Counted from the first letter of the stretch, positions 1 through 8,389 are shown. The stretch is DNA of 64,000 bases from an uncultured Planctomycetales bacterium (GCA_964467905.1 CAYXSY010000002.1:13545-77544), one strand, 5' to 3'. The notes: generated by a model from the sequence alone, not told the origin. Numbers and translations: made by a program.

Positions 1-102
1 TACCCTAAAGCCTTTCTTCAAAAGATAGGTTTTTACTTTTTCTTTTAAATCAAATCCGGCATGATCTGAACCTATGCATAAATCTTTTTTTCCGTATTTC
101 AT
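1..102 (-). CDS. rpiB: ribose-5-phosphate isomerase B, first 34 codons only (gene runs off left edge)
   Basis: Reverse translation from ATG at 102-100 gives MKYGKKDLCIGSDHAGFDLKEKVKTYLLKKGFRV, which contains the RpiB/LacAB GSDHAGF N-terminal motif. The start overlaps the upstream stop by 1 nt (TGATG). Confidence 0.7.
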   Translation of the reverse strand, partial: MKYGKKDLCIGSDHAGFDLKEKVKTYLLKKGFRV

Positions 103-1220
103 CAGATTAACTCCGCTATTTTTTCTATGGCTTCCTTTATTGTTGCCAGTGTTTTAGCGTAGAACTCCGAGGGCCTGCCTATGGGGTCCTCGATATCCAT
201 ATTATTATCATCTATTTTATTGCCTGCAGAAAAATCTTTAGAGACTGACATTATATCACGGTTTCTAACCGGGTTAGCAAATTCTTTTAGTAAAAACACC
301 CTGCTCTTTATTTCAGGCGCCAGCTGTATTATCCTGTCTTCATGCACCTTCTCCATAACCAATATTAAATCCGACTTTCTTATCAAGGCCTCATTAAGGC
401 CTTTTGAGCGATGGGCCAACACATCTATACCTTCTCTTTTGAGAATATCTACCGTCTCAGCACTTGCCCCCATACCGCTAGACATCATGGTCCCGGCTGA
501 TTCTACTTCAACATCAAACCTTTTCTTCTCTTTGAGTTTCTTCTCCAGTAAAGCCTTAGCCATTACCGAACGGCAGGAATTACCAGTACATACGAAAAGA
601 ACAACTTTCTTATTAGCTACGCTTAATATGTCATCTTTTTTTATCGCACCCTCTCTTAAAACCTGTGTCTTGCCGCTGGTGACATCTACAACCGAAGATT
701 CAATGCCTAGACTTGCAGGTCCTGCGTCAATAGCAAAATCAACTAATCCATCCATATCCCTTATCGCCTCCGGGAAGTCGGCTGGAGCAGGTTTACCTGA
801 TACATTAGAAGAAGGGCAGGCTATCGGGACTTGTGCCAAAGCAACAACCCTAAGGGCAATCTCATTATCAGGCATACGCATACCTATGGTTTTCCCCAAT
901 CTTGAATTAAATACTATGGTTAAAGGCCCGGGCCAAAACTTATCTATCAGCTTATATGCGCAAACCGGTATATCACTGGCTAAGCCATTGACGCTCTCTT
1001 TTCTGTCTATAAGCAGAGAAAATGGTTTATCCTGCGGGCGCTTCTTGATTTCATATAACCTTTTTGCTGCACTTTTATCCGCCATGTTGGCTGCTATCCC
1101 ATAAACTGTCTCCGTAGGTATTATAACCAATCCCCCCTTGGCCAAGATATCAGCTGCCTCCTTAAGACACTTGTCATCAGGGAAAATAGGATCTAATTTA
1201 ACTACTTTGGTCTTACTCAT
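102..1220 (-). CDS. L-threonylcarbamoyladenylate synthase (TsaC/YrdC/Sua5-type) domain fused to a low-molecular-weight protein phosphatase domain
   Basis: The N-terminal half has the YrdC motif (GGLVIIPTETVYGIAAN ... KKRPQDKPFSLLI). The C-terminal half has the CX5R P-loop VLFVCTGNSCRSVMA and an IEDPIG general-acid region typical of LMW-PTP/YwlE. Confidence 0.8.
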   Translation of the reverse strand: MSKTKVVKLDPIFPDDKCLKEAADILAKGGLVIIPTETVYGIAANMADKSAAKRLYEIKKRPQDKPFSLLIDRKESVNGLASDIPVCAYKLIDKFWPGPLTIVFNSRLGKTIGMRMPDNEIALRVVALAQVPIACPSSNVSGKPAPADFPEAIRDMDGLVDFAIDAGPASLGIESSVVDVTSGKTQVLREGAIKKDDILSVANKKVVLFVCTGNSCRSVMAKALLEKKLKEKKRFDVEVESAGTMMSSGMGASAETVDILKREGIDVLAHRSKGLNEALIRKSDLILVMEKVHEDRIIQLAPEIKSRVFLLKEFANPVRNRDIMSVSKDFSAGNKIDDNNMDIEDPIGRPSEFYAKTLATIKEAIEKIAELI

Positions 1221-1699
1221 GCCTTAATTCTTGTCTTCTTTATTTTTTCGCGCATAGATTTCTTATAGCTCAGGAGTTTAGAAGTAATTGCCTTATCTGA
1301 TACAGCAAGTATCTCTAAAGCAAACAAAGCTGCATTCTTTGCCCCAGCCTTGCCGATAGCCATAGAGGCAACCGGTATACCCGAAGGCATCTGGACAGTA
1401 GATAATAACGAATCCATGCCTTTTAAACTGCTTGTTTCTATCGGGATCCCGATAACCGGCAGCACAGTATGAGCCGCAATAACACCTGCCAAAGCAGCTG
1501 ATCCTCCGGCAGCGGCAATAAATACCCTTACCCCCCTGTTATTAGCAGTCTCCACATATTTAGCAAGTTCTTTGGGTGTGCGATGGGCAGATAAAACTTT
1601 AACCTCAAAGGCTGCCTTAAACTCTTTCAACAAATCAATCCCGCAGCGCACAGTTTCTAAATCAGAATCACTACCCATGATAATGCTGATCTTGTTCAT
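1217..1699 (-). CDS. purE: N5-carboxyaminoimidazole ribonucleotide mutase
   Basis: MNKISIIMGSDSDL...SAHRTP...AGGSAALAGV are PurE signatures. I prefer ATG at 1699, which is preceded by AAAGGGAGGGG, over the GTG at 1726 used in the ORF track. Confidence 0.9.
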   Translation of the reverse strand: MNKISIIMGSDSDLETVRCGIDLLKEFKAAFEVKVLSAHRTPKELAKYVETANNRGVRVFIAAAGGSAALAGVIAAHTVLPVIGIPIETSSLKGMDSLLSTVQMPSGIPVASMAIGKAGAKNAALFALEILAVSDKAITSKLLSYKKSMREKIKKTRIKA

Positions 1700-1718
1700 A
1701 GCCCCTCCCTTTAAAACC

Positions 1719-1739
1719 CTAAACACTAAACCCTAAATC
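1719..1739. repeat. three tandem heptamers CTAAACA/CTAAACC/CTAAATC abutting a GC palindrome
   Basis: Read directly from the sequence. It lies immediately 5' of the palindrome at 1740-1759. Confidence 0.8.
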
Positions 1740-1759
1740 CCTGCCTACCGGCAGGCAGG
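1740..1759. repeat. copy A of 20-bp GC palindrome CCTGCCTaCCGGcAGGCAGG
   Basis: Near-identical to the perfect palindrome at 7200-7219 and to the partial copy at 21568-21583. Confidence 0.85.
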
Positions 1760-1843
1760 CTAAACAAATCTAAAACTCAAAATCCAAATGCTCAAAACTA
1801 AATAATTTTATAGTTTTGTGTTTAAAATTTTGAGTTTGTTTAG

Positions 1844-1890
1844 AATTTAGGATTTTGCTGCTTGTTAAACAAGCAGCAAATTTAGGATTT
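1844..1890. repeat. 23-bp perfect palindrome TGCTGCTTGTTAAACAAGCAGCA flanked by a perfect 12-bp direct repeat AATTTAGGATTT
   Basis: The direct repeat is at 1844-1855 and 1879-1890 and the palindrome at 1856-1878. It sits just downstream of the purD stop on the minus strand. Confidence 0.85.
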
Positions 1891-1899
1891 ATCATTATA

Positions 1900-3180
1900 T
1901 TACAGCGCTTTATAACCAATATCTTTTCTATAATGCATTCCCTCGAAACTTATCTTCCTTACCGCTTCATAAGTCTTATCTATAGCTTCTTTAATGGTAT
2001 CGCCTAAACCGGTGACACCCAAGACTCTCCCGCCATTAGTAACTATATCCCACTTACCGCCCTGTGTAACCATCTTAGTGCCGGCATGAAATACTATAAT
2101 ATCATGCATCTTCTCTACATCTTCGAGGCCGCTTATTAATTTACCTTTTGTATAATCTCCCGGATAACCTGCGGATGAACAAACTACGCAAACGCAAGGC
2201 CGCTTGTCCCATTCCAAAGCGCTGAAACGCGATAATTTTCCCTCGGCGACAGCCAACATCAACTCAATAAGATCAGTCCTTAGTCTCGGCAGAATCGCTT
2301 CTGTTTCGGGATCGCCAAAACGCACGTTAAACTCTAAGACTTTAGGCCCATCTTTTGTAATCATAATCCCAGCATATAAGATACCTTTATATTCTATCCC
2401 CTCTTTCAACAAACCTGCAATAATTCTATGCGCAACTGTCTTTAGGATCTGTTCGTATAATTTATCGGTTACTACCGGCGCAGGAGAATATGCACCCATC
2501 CCCCCGGTATTAGGCCCCTCGTCATTATCAAAAATGCGTTTGTGATCCTGCGATGAAACCAAAGGCACAACATGCCTGGAATCAGTAAGAAATAAGAGTG
2601 ACGCCTCTTGACCTTGGAGGCAATCTTCAATAATCAGGCGCTCTCCTGCCTTACCAAAAGATTTATGCAGCATAACCGAATCCAGCGCCTGCATAGCTTC
2701 TTTAATAGTGGCAGCGACAAAAACGCCTTTGCCCTGCGCTAAACCATCGGCCTTAATTACACAGGGCGCACCCTTTACGGAAATATATTTCTTGGCTTCA
2801 TCTAAATCAGAAAATACCCTAAAATCTGCAGTGGGCACGCCATAGCGGACCATCATCTGTTTGGCAAAAATCTTGCTTGCCTCCAGGTTAGCGGCTTTTT
2901 TATTGGGGCCGAATATTTTTAGCTTATGGCGTGAGAATTCATCAACAATACCTGCAGCTAATGGTGCCTCGGGCCCGACTACCGTCAGGTCTATTTTTTC
3001 TTTTCTGGCAAAATCCAATAACGAAACAATGTCATCTGCTTTTATATCAAGACACTCGGCATGCCGGGAAATCCCCGGATTCCCCGGTGCGCAAAATATT
3101 TTCTCTGCCAAAGGAGACTGCGCGATCTTCCATACCAACGCATGTTCTCTACCGCCTGAACCAATAACTAATATACGCAT
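1900..3180 (-). CDS. purD: phosphoribosylamine-glycine ligase
   Basis: MRILVIGSGGREHAL..., an ATP-grasp core and EFNVRFGDPE are all PurD signatures. Confidence 0.95.
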   Translation of the reverse strand: MRILVIGSGGREHALVWKIAQSPLAEKIFCAPGNPGISRHAECLDIKADDIVSLLDFARKEKIDLTVVGPEAPLAAGIVDEFSRHKLKIFGPNKKAANLEASKIFAKQMMVRYGVPTADFRVFSDLDEAKKYISVKGAPCVIKADGLAQGKGVFVAATIKEAMQALDSVMLHKSFGKAGERLIIEDCLQGQEASLLFLTDSRHVVPLVSSQDHKRIFDNDEGPNTGGMGAYSPAPVVTDKLYEQILKTVAHRIIAGLLKEGIEYKGILYAGIMITKDGPKVLEFNVRFGDPETEAILPRLRTDLIELMLAVAEGKLSRFSALEWDKRPCVCVVCSSAGYPGDYTKGKLISGLEDVEKMHDIIVFHAGTKMVTQGGKWDIVTNGGRVLGVTGLGDTIKEAIDKTYEAVRKISFEGMHYRKDIGYKAL

Positions 3181-3442
3181 ATATTTTTAAACTTAGTTTT
3201 ATAGAACTACCTTAAATGCCGCTGTCGGATTTTCGAGCGAGTGTCGATTTTAGCCAATGGAGCTTGAGCATTTTTGGGAATCCGAACACGCAAACTGTTC
3301 GGACGCCGAGGATGTTCGAGCCCGTTCTGGCGCAAACGCGCCGACGGGCGAGTTCCGCAGGCGCCGAAAATGCGAAAGAGCATTGGCGGCCCGAAGGGCA
3401 AAATCGACGCCGAGCGAGAAAACTGACAGTAGCATTTAGAAA

Positions 3443-4321
3443 CTATTTTGTTTCTTTCTTGTTCTCCATTTTTAACGGCAAAACCCCTGCCATCTCACTC
3501 ACAATATTAACCAACTGCTGGTCAGAAGGAACGACTATTTTAGCATTTGCGGCCAATGACTTCTCTACTGCCTCTATCCTGCGCAGGACCTGTGCATTGC
3601 CGACAAAATACTTCTCTGCCGCTTCGTTAACCAACCTTATTGCCTCTGCTTCACCTTCAGCCTCTAATATGCGCGCCTGTTTAACGCCCTCGGCTTTCTT
3701 AATCTCTGCCCGTTTTTGCCCGTCTGCGGCAGTTTCAGTTGCGGTAGCAAAATCAACAGCAGCGATTTTCTCATTTTCGGCCTTAACAACCTTATTCATC
3801 GTCTCCTGAACATCCTTAGGAGGATCAATTTCTTTCAATTCAGTCCTGACAATCTCAATCCCCCAGCTTTTGGTTTCTTCGCAAAGCGTCTTATGTAGCT
3901 CTTCATTAATCTTACCGCGCTCGCTGTTAGCGGATTTTAAAGTCAATGTACCGATTATGTTCCTTAGTGTGGTCCTGGCCAGGTTAACTATCTGCCACTG
4001 ATAATTATTAACATTATACTGAGAATTCTTTACGCTTTCCTCATCCGCTTTGACTTTAAAATAGACCTGGGCGTCAACCCTTGCATTCAAGTTATCGTTG
4101 GTAATAATCTCCTGCGGTTCGGCATCAACCATCTGTTCGGTTATATTAACCGAATATAAATGCTCAAATACCGGTATCACCCAATTAAAGCCGGGAGTGG
4201 CAAACCGGTTATATTTGCCTAATCGTTCAATCAAGCCTCTATGAGTCGGTCTGACAATTCTAATCCCGGCGATAAACACAATGACAGCAACAAATACCCC
4301 CCAATATAACAAATTAGCCAT
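3443..4321 (-). CDS. SPFH/band-7 (stomatin/HflC-like) membrane protein
   Basis: N-terminal TM segment, then an SPFH core (GLIERLGKYNRFATPGFNWVIP ... RTELKEIDPP) and an Ala/Glu-rich coiled-coil tail. Confidence 0.85.
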   Translation of the reverse strand: MANLLYWGVFVAVIVFIAGIRIVRPTHRGLIERLGKYNRFATPGFNWVIPVFEHLYSVNITEQMVDAEPQEIITNDNLNARVDAQVYFKVKADEESVKNSQYNVNNYQWQIVNLARTTLRNIIGTLTLKSANSERGKINEELHKTLCEETKSWGIEIVRTELKEIDPPKDVQETMNKVVKAENEKIAAVDFATATETAADGQKRAEIKKAEGVKQARILEAEGEAEAIRLVNEAAEKYFVGNAQVLRRIEAVEKSLAANAKIVVPSDQQLVNIVSEMAGVLPLKMENKKETK

Positions 4322-4341
4322 CTCTTGCCTCCTTCTCTGTT

Positions 4342-5376
4342 CTAACTGATCTCAACTAAACCTCTGCCCTTAACCGCTTCTCCTATTATCCAACCCTTAA
4401 GCTTAAAACGCATCAGGTATTTTATCATCTTAGCTGCAGAATCTTTTCTTACAACCAGAACCAATCCTACACCCATATTAAAAGTATGATACATTTCTTT
4501 ATCGCTAATACTGCCCTCATCCTGAATAATCCGGAATATCCTTGGCACAGGCCAGCTGGATTTATCAATTCTTACATTTACCGCTACAGGCAAAATGCGT
4601 GCTATCTTATCATAGAATGCTCCGCCGGTGATATGAGCTATACCAGTAACCCCCAACCCGCCTGAACCGAGCGTAGTCGAGGGATAACCCGTAACCCGTA
4701 ATAAAGACAAAACGGGTTTGACATAAATCCTTGTCGGCTTAAGCAATTCAGCGCAGTAGAGCTTTATCTTCTTATCCGAAAGGGCTTTTCTTACTAAGGA
4801 ATAACCGTTAGAATGTGCTCCGTTTGATTCAAGACCTATTAATACATCGCCTGGTTTGATTCGGGAACCATCAATAATGTTATTTCTTTCAACTGCTCCC
4901 ACACAAAAACCGGCAATATCATACTCTCCTTTACCATACATGCCGGGCATCTGCGCGGTTTCTCCTCCAATCAAGGAACAGCCGGAATCCAGGCATCCGG
5001 TATTAATACCCCTGACAATATCCAACAGGATATTAGTGCTTAAATTACTGTGAGCAATATAATCAAGGAAGAATAAAGGTTCGGCGCCGGTACACAAAAT
5101 ATCATTCACATTCATCGCTACCGCATCGATACCTACGGTATCATGCTTATTACATAGAGCGGCGATTTTAAGCTTTGTCCCTACTCCATCCGAAGATGAT
5201 ACTAATACCGGATTCTTATATTTGGTCTTATCCAGCGCAAAAAAACTTCCGAATCCGCCGATATCTTTTAAAACCTCAGTGCGGAATGACTTCCTTACTA
5301 AAGACTTTATATTCTTCTTAAAAGCATCTGCTTTATTTATATCTACCCCTGAACTTTTATAAGTTAGGCCTTTCAT
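4342..5376 (-). CDS. purM: phosphoribosylformylglycinamidine cyclo-ligase (AIR synthetase)
   Basis: LTYKSSGVDI..., SSDGVGTKLKIA and DYIAHS match PurM throughout. Confidence 0.95.
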   Translation of the reverse strand: MKGLTYKSSGVDINKADAFKKNIKSLVRKSFRTEVLKDIGGFGSFFALDKTKYKNPVLVSSSDGVGTKLKIAALCNKHDTVGIDAVAMNVNDILCTGAEPLFFLDYIAHSNLSTNILLDIVRGINTGCLDSGCSLIGGETAQMPGMYGKGEYDIAGFCVGAVERNNIIDGSRIKPGDVLIGLESNGAHSNGYSLVRKALSDKKIKLYCAELLKPTRIYVKPVLSLLRVTGYPSTTLGSGGLGVTGIAHITGGAFYDKIARILPVAVNVRIDKSSWPVPRIFRIIQDEGSISDKEMYHTFNMGVGLVLVVRKDSAAKMIKYLMRFKLKGWIIGEAVKGRGLVEIS

Positions 5377-5389
5377 AAAAAGATGCCTC

Positions 5390-6790
5390 CTAATCTTGTT
5401 CTTTACCAGTCCAGCAGTATTTACACAAATTCTGCTCTGATAATCCTATAGCTTTAACCATATCGGATAATTTCTGGTATATCAATGTAGTCGCACCCAG
5501 ATCTTTAGTAATCCAATCTACCATTTTTCTATACTTAGCTGAATCTTCATCAAGATATTCGCTGATATCTTTTATCTCCTTGCCTTCTATTGCCTTTATT
5601 GCCCTTCTAGCTACCAACTCCTGCATAGTACGCGTTGAATAGTTAAACTTACAGGGAAACATAAGCGGAGGACAGGCAATCCTTAGGTGTATTTCCTTAG
5701 CCCCACAATCAACAAGTTTTTGAATGGTATAATTCTTCAACTGCGTACCCCTGACTATGGAATCGTCGCAAAAGACTATGCGCTTACCGTTGATAATATC
5801 GGCTATCGGTATTAACTTCAGCCGCGCGATTAAATCGCGCTTCTCCTGGGTAGCCGGAGTATAACTCCTGTCAAAACCAGGAGTATATTTTACTAACGGC
5901 CTGCGGAAAGGCACCCCGGATTCCATAGAATAGCCTATGGCATGTGCCGTACCGGAATCAGGTATACCCGAAACCATATCTGCCTTTATCTTATCACATT
6001 TTGCCAGGCACGCTCCGCAACGCTCTCTGGCCATTTCAACATTTAACCCTTCATAAGAAGAAGCAGGAAAACCTGTGTAAATCCATAAAAATGAACAAAT
6101 CTGATTACATTTCGAACCCTTAGTCTTCGACTTTGTCCCGTCTTTGTCTATAAGAACTATTTCTCCGGGCTGGATATATTTTTTTACTTTATAACCTAAA
6201 TTATAAAAAGCCGATGACTCAGTCGTAACTGCCCAAGCGCCTGACTTTTCTCCTACGGTAAGCGGAGAATAACCAAGCCTGTCTCTGGCGGCATAAATCC
6301 CGTCTTTAGTGAGCAGCAGCAAAGAGCAAGACCCTTCAATCTGAGAAAACATACTCTCAATACCATCGGCTATATCTTTGCCTCTGATAATCAACTTGGC
6401 AATTAATTCCGGCAAGTTAACCGTACCGTCGGTAACCTCGCTGAATGACTGCCCTTCTTTATAAAGCTTCTCGGCAAGCTCTTCTGCATTCTCGACGAAC
6501 CCGTTAACAACAATGGCAAAGGGGCCGAATTTAGAATGAATCAATATTGGCTGCTCGTCTTTTGCGCTGATTACCCCGATGCCGCATGATACGCGCATCT
6601 TCTGGTAATCTTCATGAAACTTTGCCTTAAACTGGCTGCCGCGGATATCATGTATCTTCCGTATAATTTCTCCCCCGGAAAGCACAGCCAAACCTGCAAA
6701 CTGCGTCCCAAGATGAGAGTGATAATCTGTGCCATAAAATAAATCTTCGCCAAAATTATTACGCGCAGCCACTGCAAATATTCCGCTCAT
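5390..6790 (-). CDS. purF: amidophosphoribosyltransferase homologue with a divergent glutaminase domain (Ser in place of the N-terminal Cys)
   Basis: The PRPP loop RIVFCDDSIVRGTQL and the C-terminal Cys cluster (CKYCWTG) are PurF-like. The N-terminus reads MSGIF instead of MCGI, and a strong GGGGGAGG Shine-Dalgarno supports this start. Confidence 0.85.
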   Translation of the reverse strand: MSGIFAVAARNNFGEDLFYGTDYHSHLGTQFAGLAVLSGGEIIRKIHDIRGSQFKAKFHEDYQKMRVSCGIGVISAKDEQPILIHSKFGPFAIVVNGFVENAEELAEKLYKEGQSFSEVTDGTVNLPELIAKLIIRGKDIADGIESMFSQIEGSCSLLLLTKDGIYAARDRLGYSPLTVGEKSGAWAVTTESSAFYNLGYKVKKYIQPGEIVLIDKDGTKSKTKGSKCNQICSFLWIYTGFPASSYEGLNVEMARERCGACLAKCDKIKADMVSGIPDSGTAHAIGYSMESGVPFRRPLVKYTPGFDRSYTPATQEKRDLIARLKLIPIADIINGKRIVFCDDSIVRGTQLKNYTIQKLVDCGAKEIHLRIACPPLMFPCKFNYSTRTMQELVARRAIKAIEGKEIKDISEYLDEDSAKYRKMVDWITKDLGATTLIYQKLSDMVKAIGLSEQNLCKYCWTGKEQD

Positions 6791-6827
6791 TTCTATCCTC
6801 CCCCAAGAAATTTATTAAAACATAAGG

Positions 6828-7646
6828 CTACAAATTCTTGCGCGCATACTCCACGCCGTTCTGAAATATCCTTAGCCCATCGCCTTGCGCTCTTTTAGCC
6901 AGAGATGTCCACTGCGGATTCTGGGTAAAATCAATGTGTCTTTCCGGATGCGGCATCAAACCAAGTATTCTGCCCGTATCATCGCAGATGCCCGCAATAT
7001 TTTCTACCGAACCATTAGGATTATCCGGATAGACGCTCAAACGGTTATCGCTACTGCAATAACAAAAAACAATCTGTCCGTTTTTCTTTAATCTTTCCAA
7101 AACAGATTTATCTTTTGTAATGAATTTGCCCTCTCCATGCGCCACCGGCAAATAAATAACTTGCGGCAAATTCCTCGTCCATACACAATTTTGATTTTTC
7201 CTGCCTGCCGGCAGGCAGGGATTTTTTGATTTTTGGTTTCTTAGATACACCCACCTATCTTCAAACTTTCCTGAATCATTTATGATAAGGCTGACATCCT
7301 GCCTGAATGAATCGTTACCGGGTAAAATTCCGCTCTTGACTAAAATCTGAAAGCCATTACATATGCCTATGATAAGCTTGGCATCAGCTATAAAATCCCT
7401 TAAAGAATCGCCCAGTTTATATCGCAATTCATTCGCAAAAATCCTGCCCGCACCCAAATCGTCACCATAGGTAAAACCACCCGGCAAAGCAAGTATTTGA
7501 TAAGACTTAAGCATATCTTTATCCGCAATGATTTTATTAATATGCACAAGCTCCGCAGCTGCCCCCGCCTTTTGAAAAGCAAAAGCGGTCTCTTTGTCGC
7601 AATTGGTTCCTGCGCTTCTTAATACACAAACCTTAGGCTTTTTCAT
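6828..7646 (-). CDS. purQ: phosphoribosylformylglycinamidine synthase, glutaminase subunit
   Basis: The triad context is present (GICNGFQIL nucleophile Cys, MPHPERH). It is roughly 40 aa longer than I remember typical PurQ to be, partly because of the insert at 7189-7234. Confidence 0.9.
   Translation of the reverse strand: MKKPKVCVLRSAGTNCDKETAFAFQKAGAAAELVHINKIIADKDMLKSYQILALPGGFTYGDDLGAGRIFANELRYKLGDSLRDFIADAKLIIGICNGFQILVKSGILPGNDSFRQDVSLIINDSGKFEDRWVYLRNQKSKNPCLPAGRKNQNCVWTRNLPQVIYLPVAHGEGKFITKDKSVLERLKKNGQIVFCYCSSDNRLSVYPDNPNGSVENIAGICDDTGRILGLMPHPERHIDFTQNPQWTSLAKRAQGDGLRIFQNGVEYARKNL
7200..7219. repeat. copy B of the GC palindrome, perfect: CCTGCCTGCCGGCAGGCAGG, inside purQ coding sequence
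   Basis: Perfect 20-bp palindrome flanked by the 11-bp direct repeat TTTTGATTTTT (7189-7199 and 7224-7234). It translates in frame as ...KSKNPCLPAGRKNQN... Confidence 0.9.
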
Positions 7647-8337
7647 AAAATTTCTTTATCGCCTCAACAACTTCTTCTGGTTTATCAACTATAACAAATA
7701 TATCTAAATCATCCCGACTTATATTACCGTCCTTTAGAACCTTACTCTTAAACCAACTAATCAAGCCCTTCCAGTATTCCTTGCCCAAAAGTACAACCGG
7801 AAATTTCGCAATACGTTCAGTCTGTATAAGGTTTATTGACTCAAAAAATTCATCCAGCGTACCGTATCCTCCCGGCATAATTACAAATGCTTTAGCGTAC
7901 TTTACAAAAGTAACCTTCCTGACAAAAAAATAATGAAAGTCAAGTAATATATCCACATATTTGTTTGCCTTTTGTTCATGCGGTATCTGTATATTAAGCC
8001 CTACTGACTTACCTTTTGCTCTTCTTGCCCCTTTATTAGCTGCTTCCATAAGCCCCGGTCCGCTTCCGGTTATAACCGCATAACCTTCCTTAGCCAATAA
8101 ATAAGCAGTTTTCTCCGTAAGCTTATAATACCTGCTGCCGGGTTTTGTGCGGCTTGAACCGAATATAGAAACAGCATCACCCAAATCCGATAAAACCTCA
8201 AAGGCCTCAACAAATTCCGACATAATCCTGAATACCCTCCAGGGATCTTCATTTGTAAAGTCATCTTTCGGGATTATTTCGGTTTTCAGGTATTTTTTCA
8301 CCCCGCCCTTCCTTTCAGCATTATTATCACCAATCAT
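7633..8337 (-). CDS. LOG family / TIGR00730-type nucleotide 5'-monophosphate nucleosidase (lysine decarboxylase-like)
   Basis: Has the GSGPGLMEAANKGA and PGGYGTLDEFFE motifs. The start is uncertain: either ATG at 8337, or a GTG near 8298 with a better AGGAAGG Shine-Dalgarno. Confidence 0.8.
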   Translation of the reverse strand: MIGDNNAERKGGVKKYLKTEIIPKDDFTNEDPWRVFRIMSEFVEAFEVLSDLGDAVSIFGSSRTKPGSRYYKLTEKTAYLLAKEGYAVITGSGPGLMEAANKGARRAKGKSVGLNIQIPHEQKANKYVDILLDFHYFFVRKVTFVKYAKAFVIMPGGYGTLDEFFESINLIQTERIAKFPVVLLGKEYWKGLISWFKSKVLKDGNISRDDLDIFVIVDKPEEVVEAIKKFYEKA

Positions 8338-8389
8338 CCAGGAAGGGCGGGGTTCATCCCCGAGCTTCCTTTCAGCATTATTATACTGC

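Noticed and set aside
181-1104. Long plus-strand ORFs antisense to real genes (181-1104, 3216-3809, 14195-14614, 38903-39364 and many others in the track).
   Set aside because: They lie wholly inside well-supported minus-strand genes. They have low-complexity Ser/Leu/Pro-rich composition and lack Shine-Dalgarno sites. They are shadow ORFs.
1713-1739. CCCTAAA heptamers resembling the plant-type telomere repeat.
   Set aside because: There are only two or three degenerate copies, at an internal position between purD and purE. They fit the local heptamer-word element family, not a chromosome end.
3207-3439. Three overlapping 60-64-aa ORFs in the SPFH-purD spacer.
   Set aside because: They overlap each other on both strands, are Arg/Ala/Ser-rich as expected from GC-rich non-coding DNA, and have no Shine-Dalgarno. 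The region is better explained as structured RNA.
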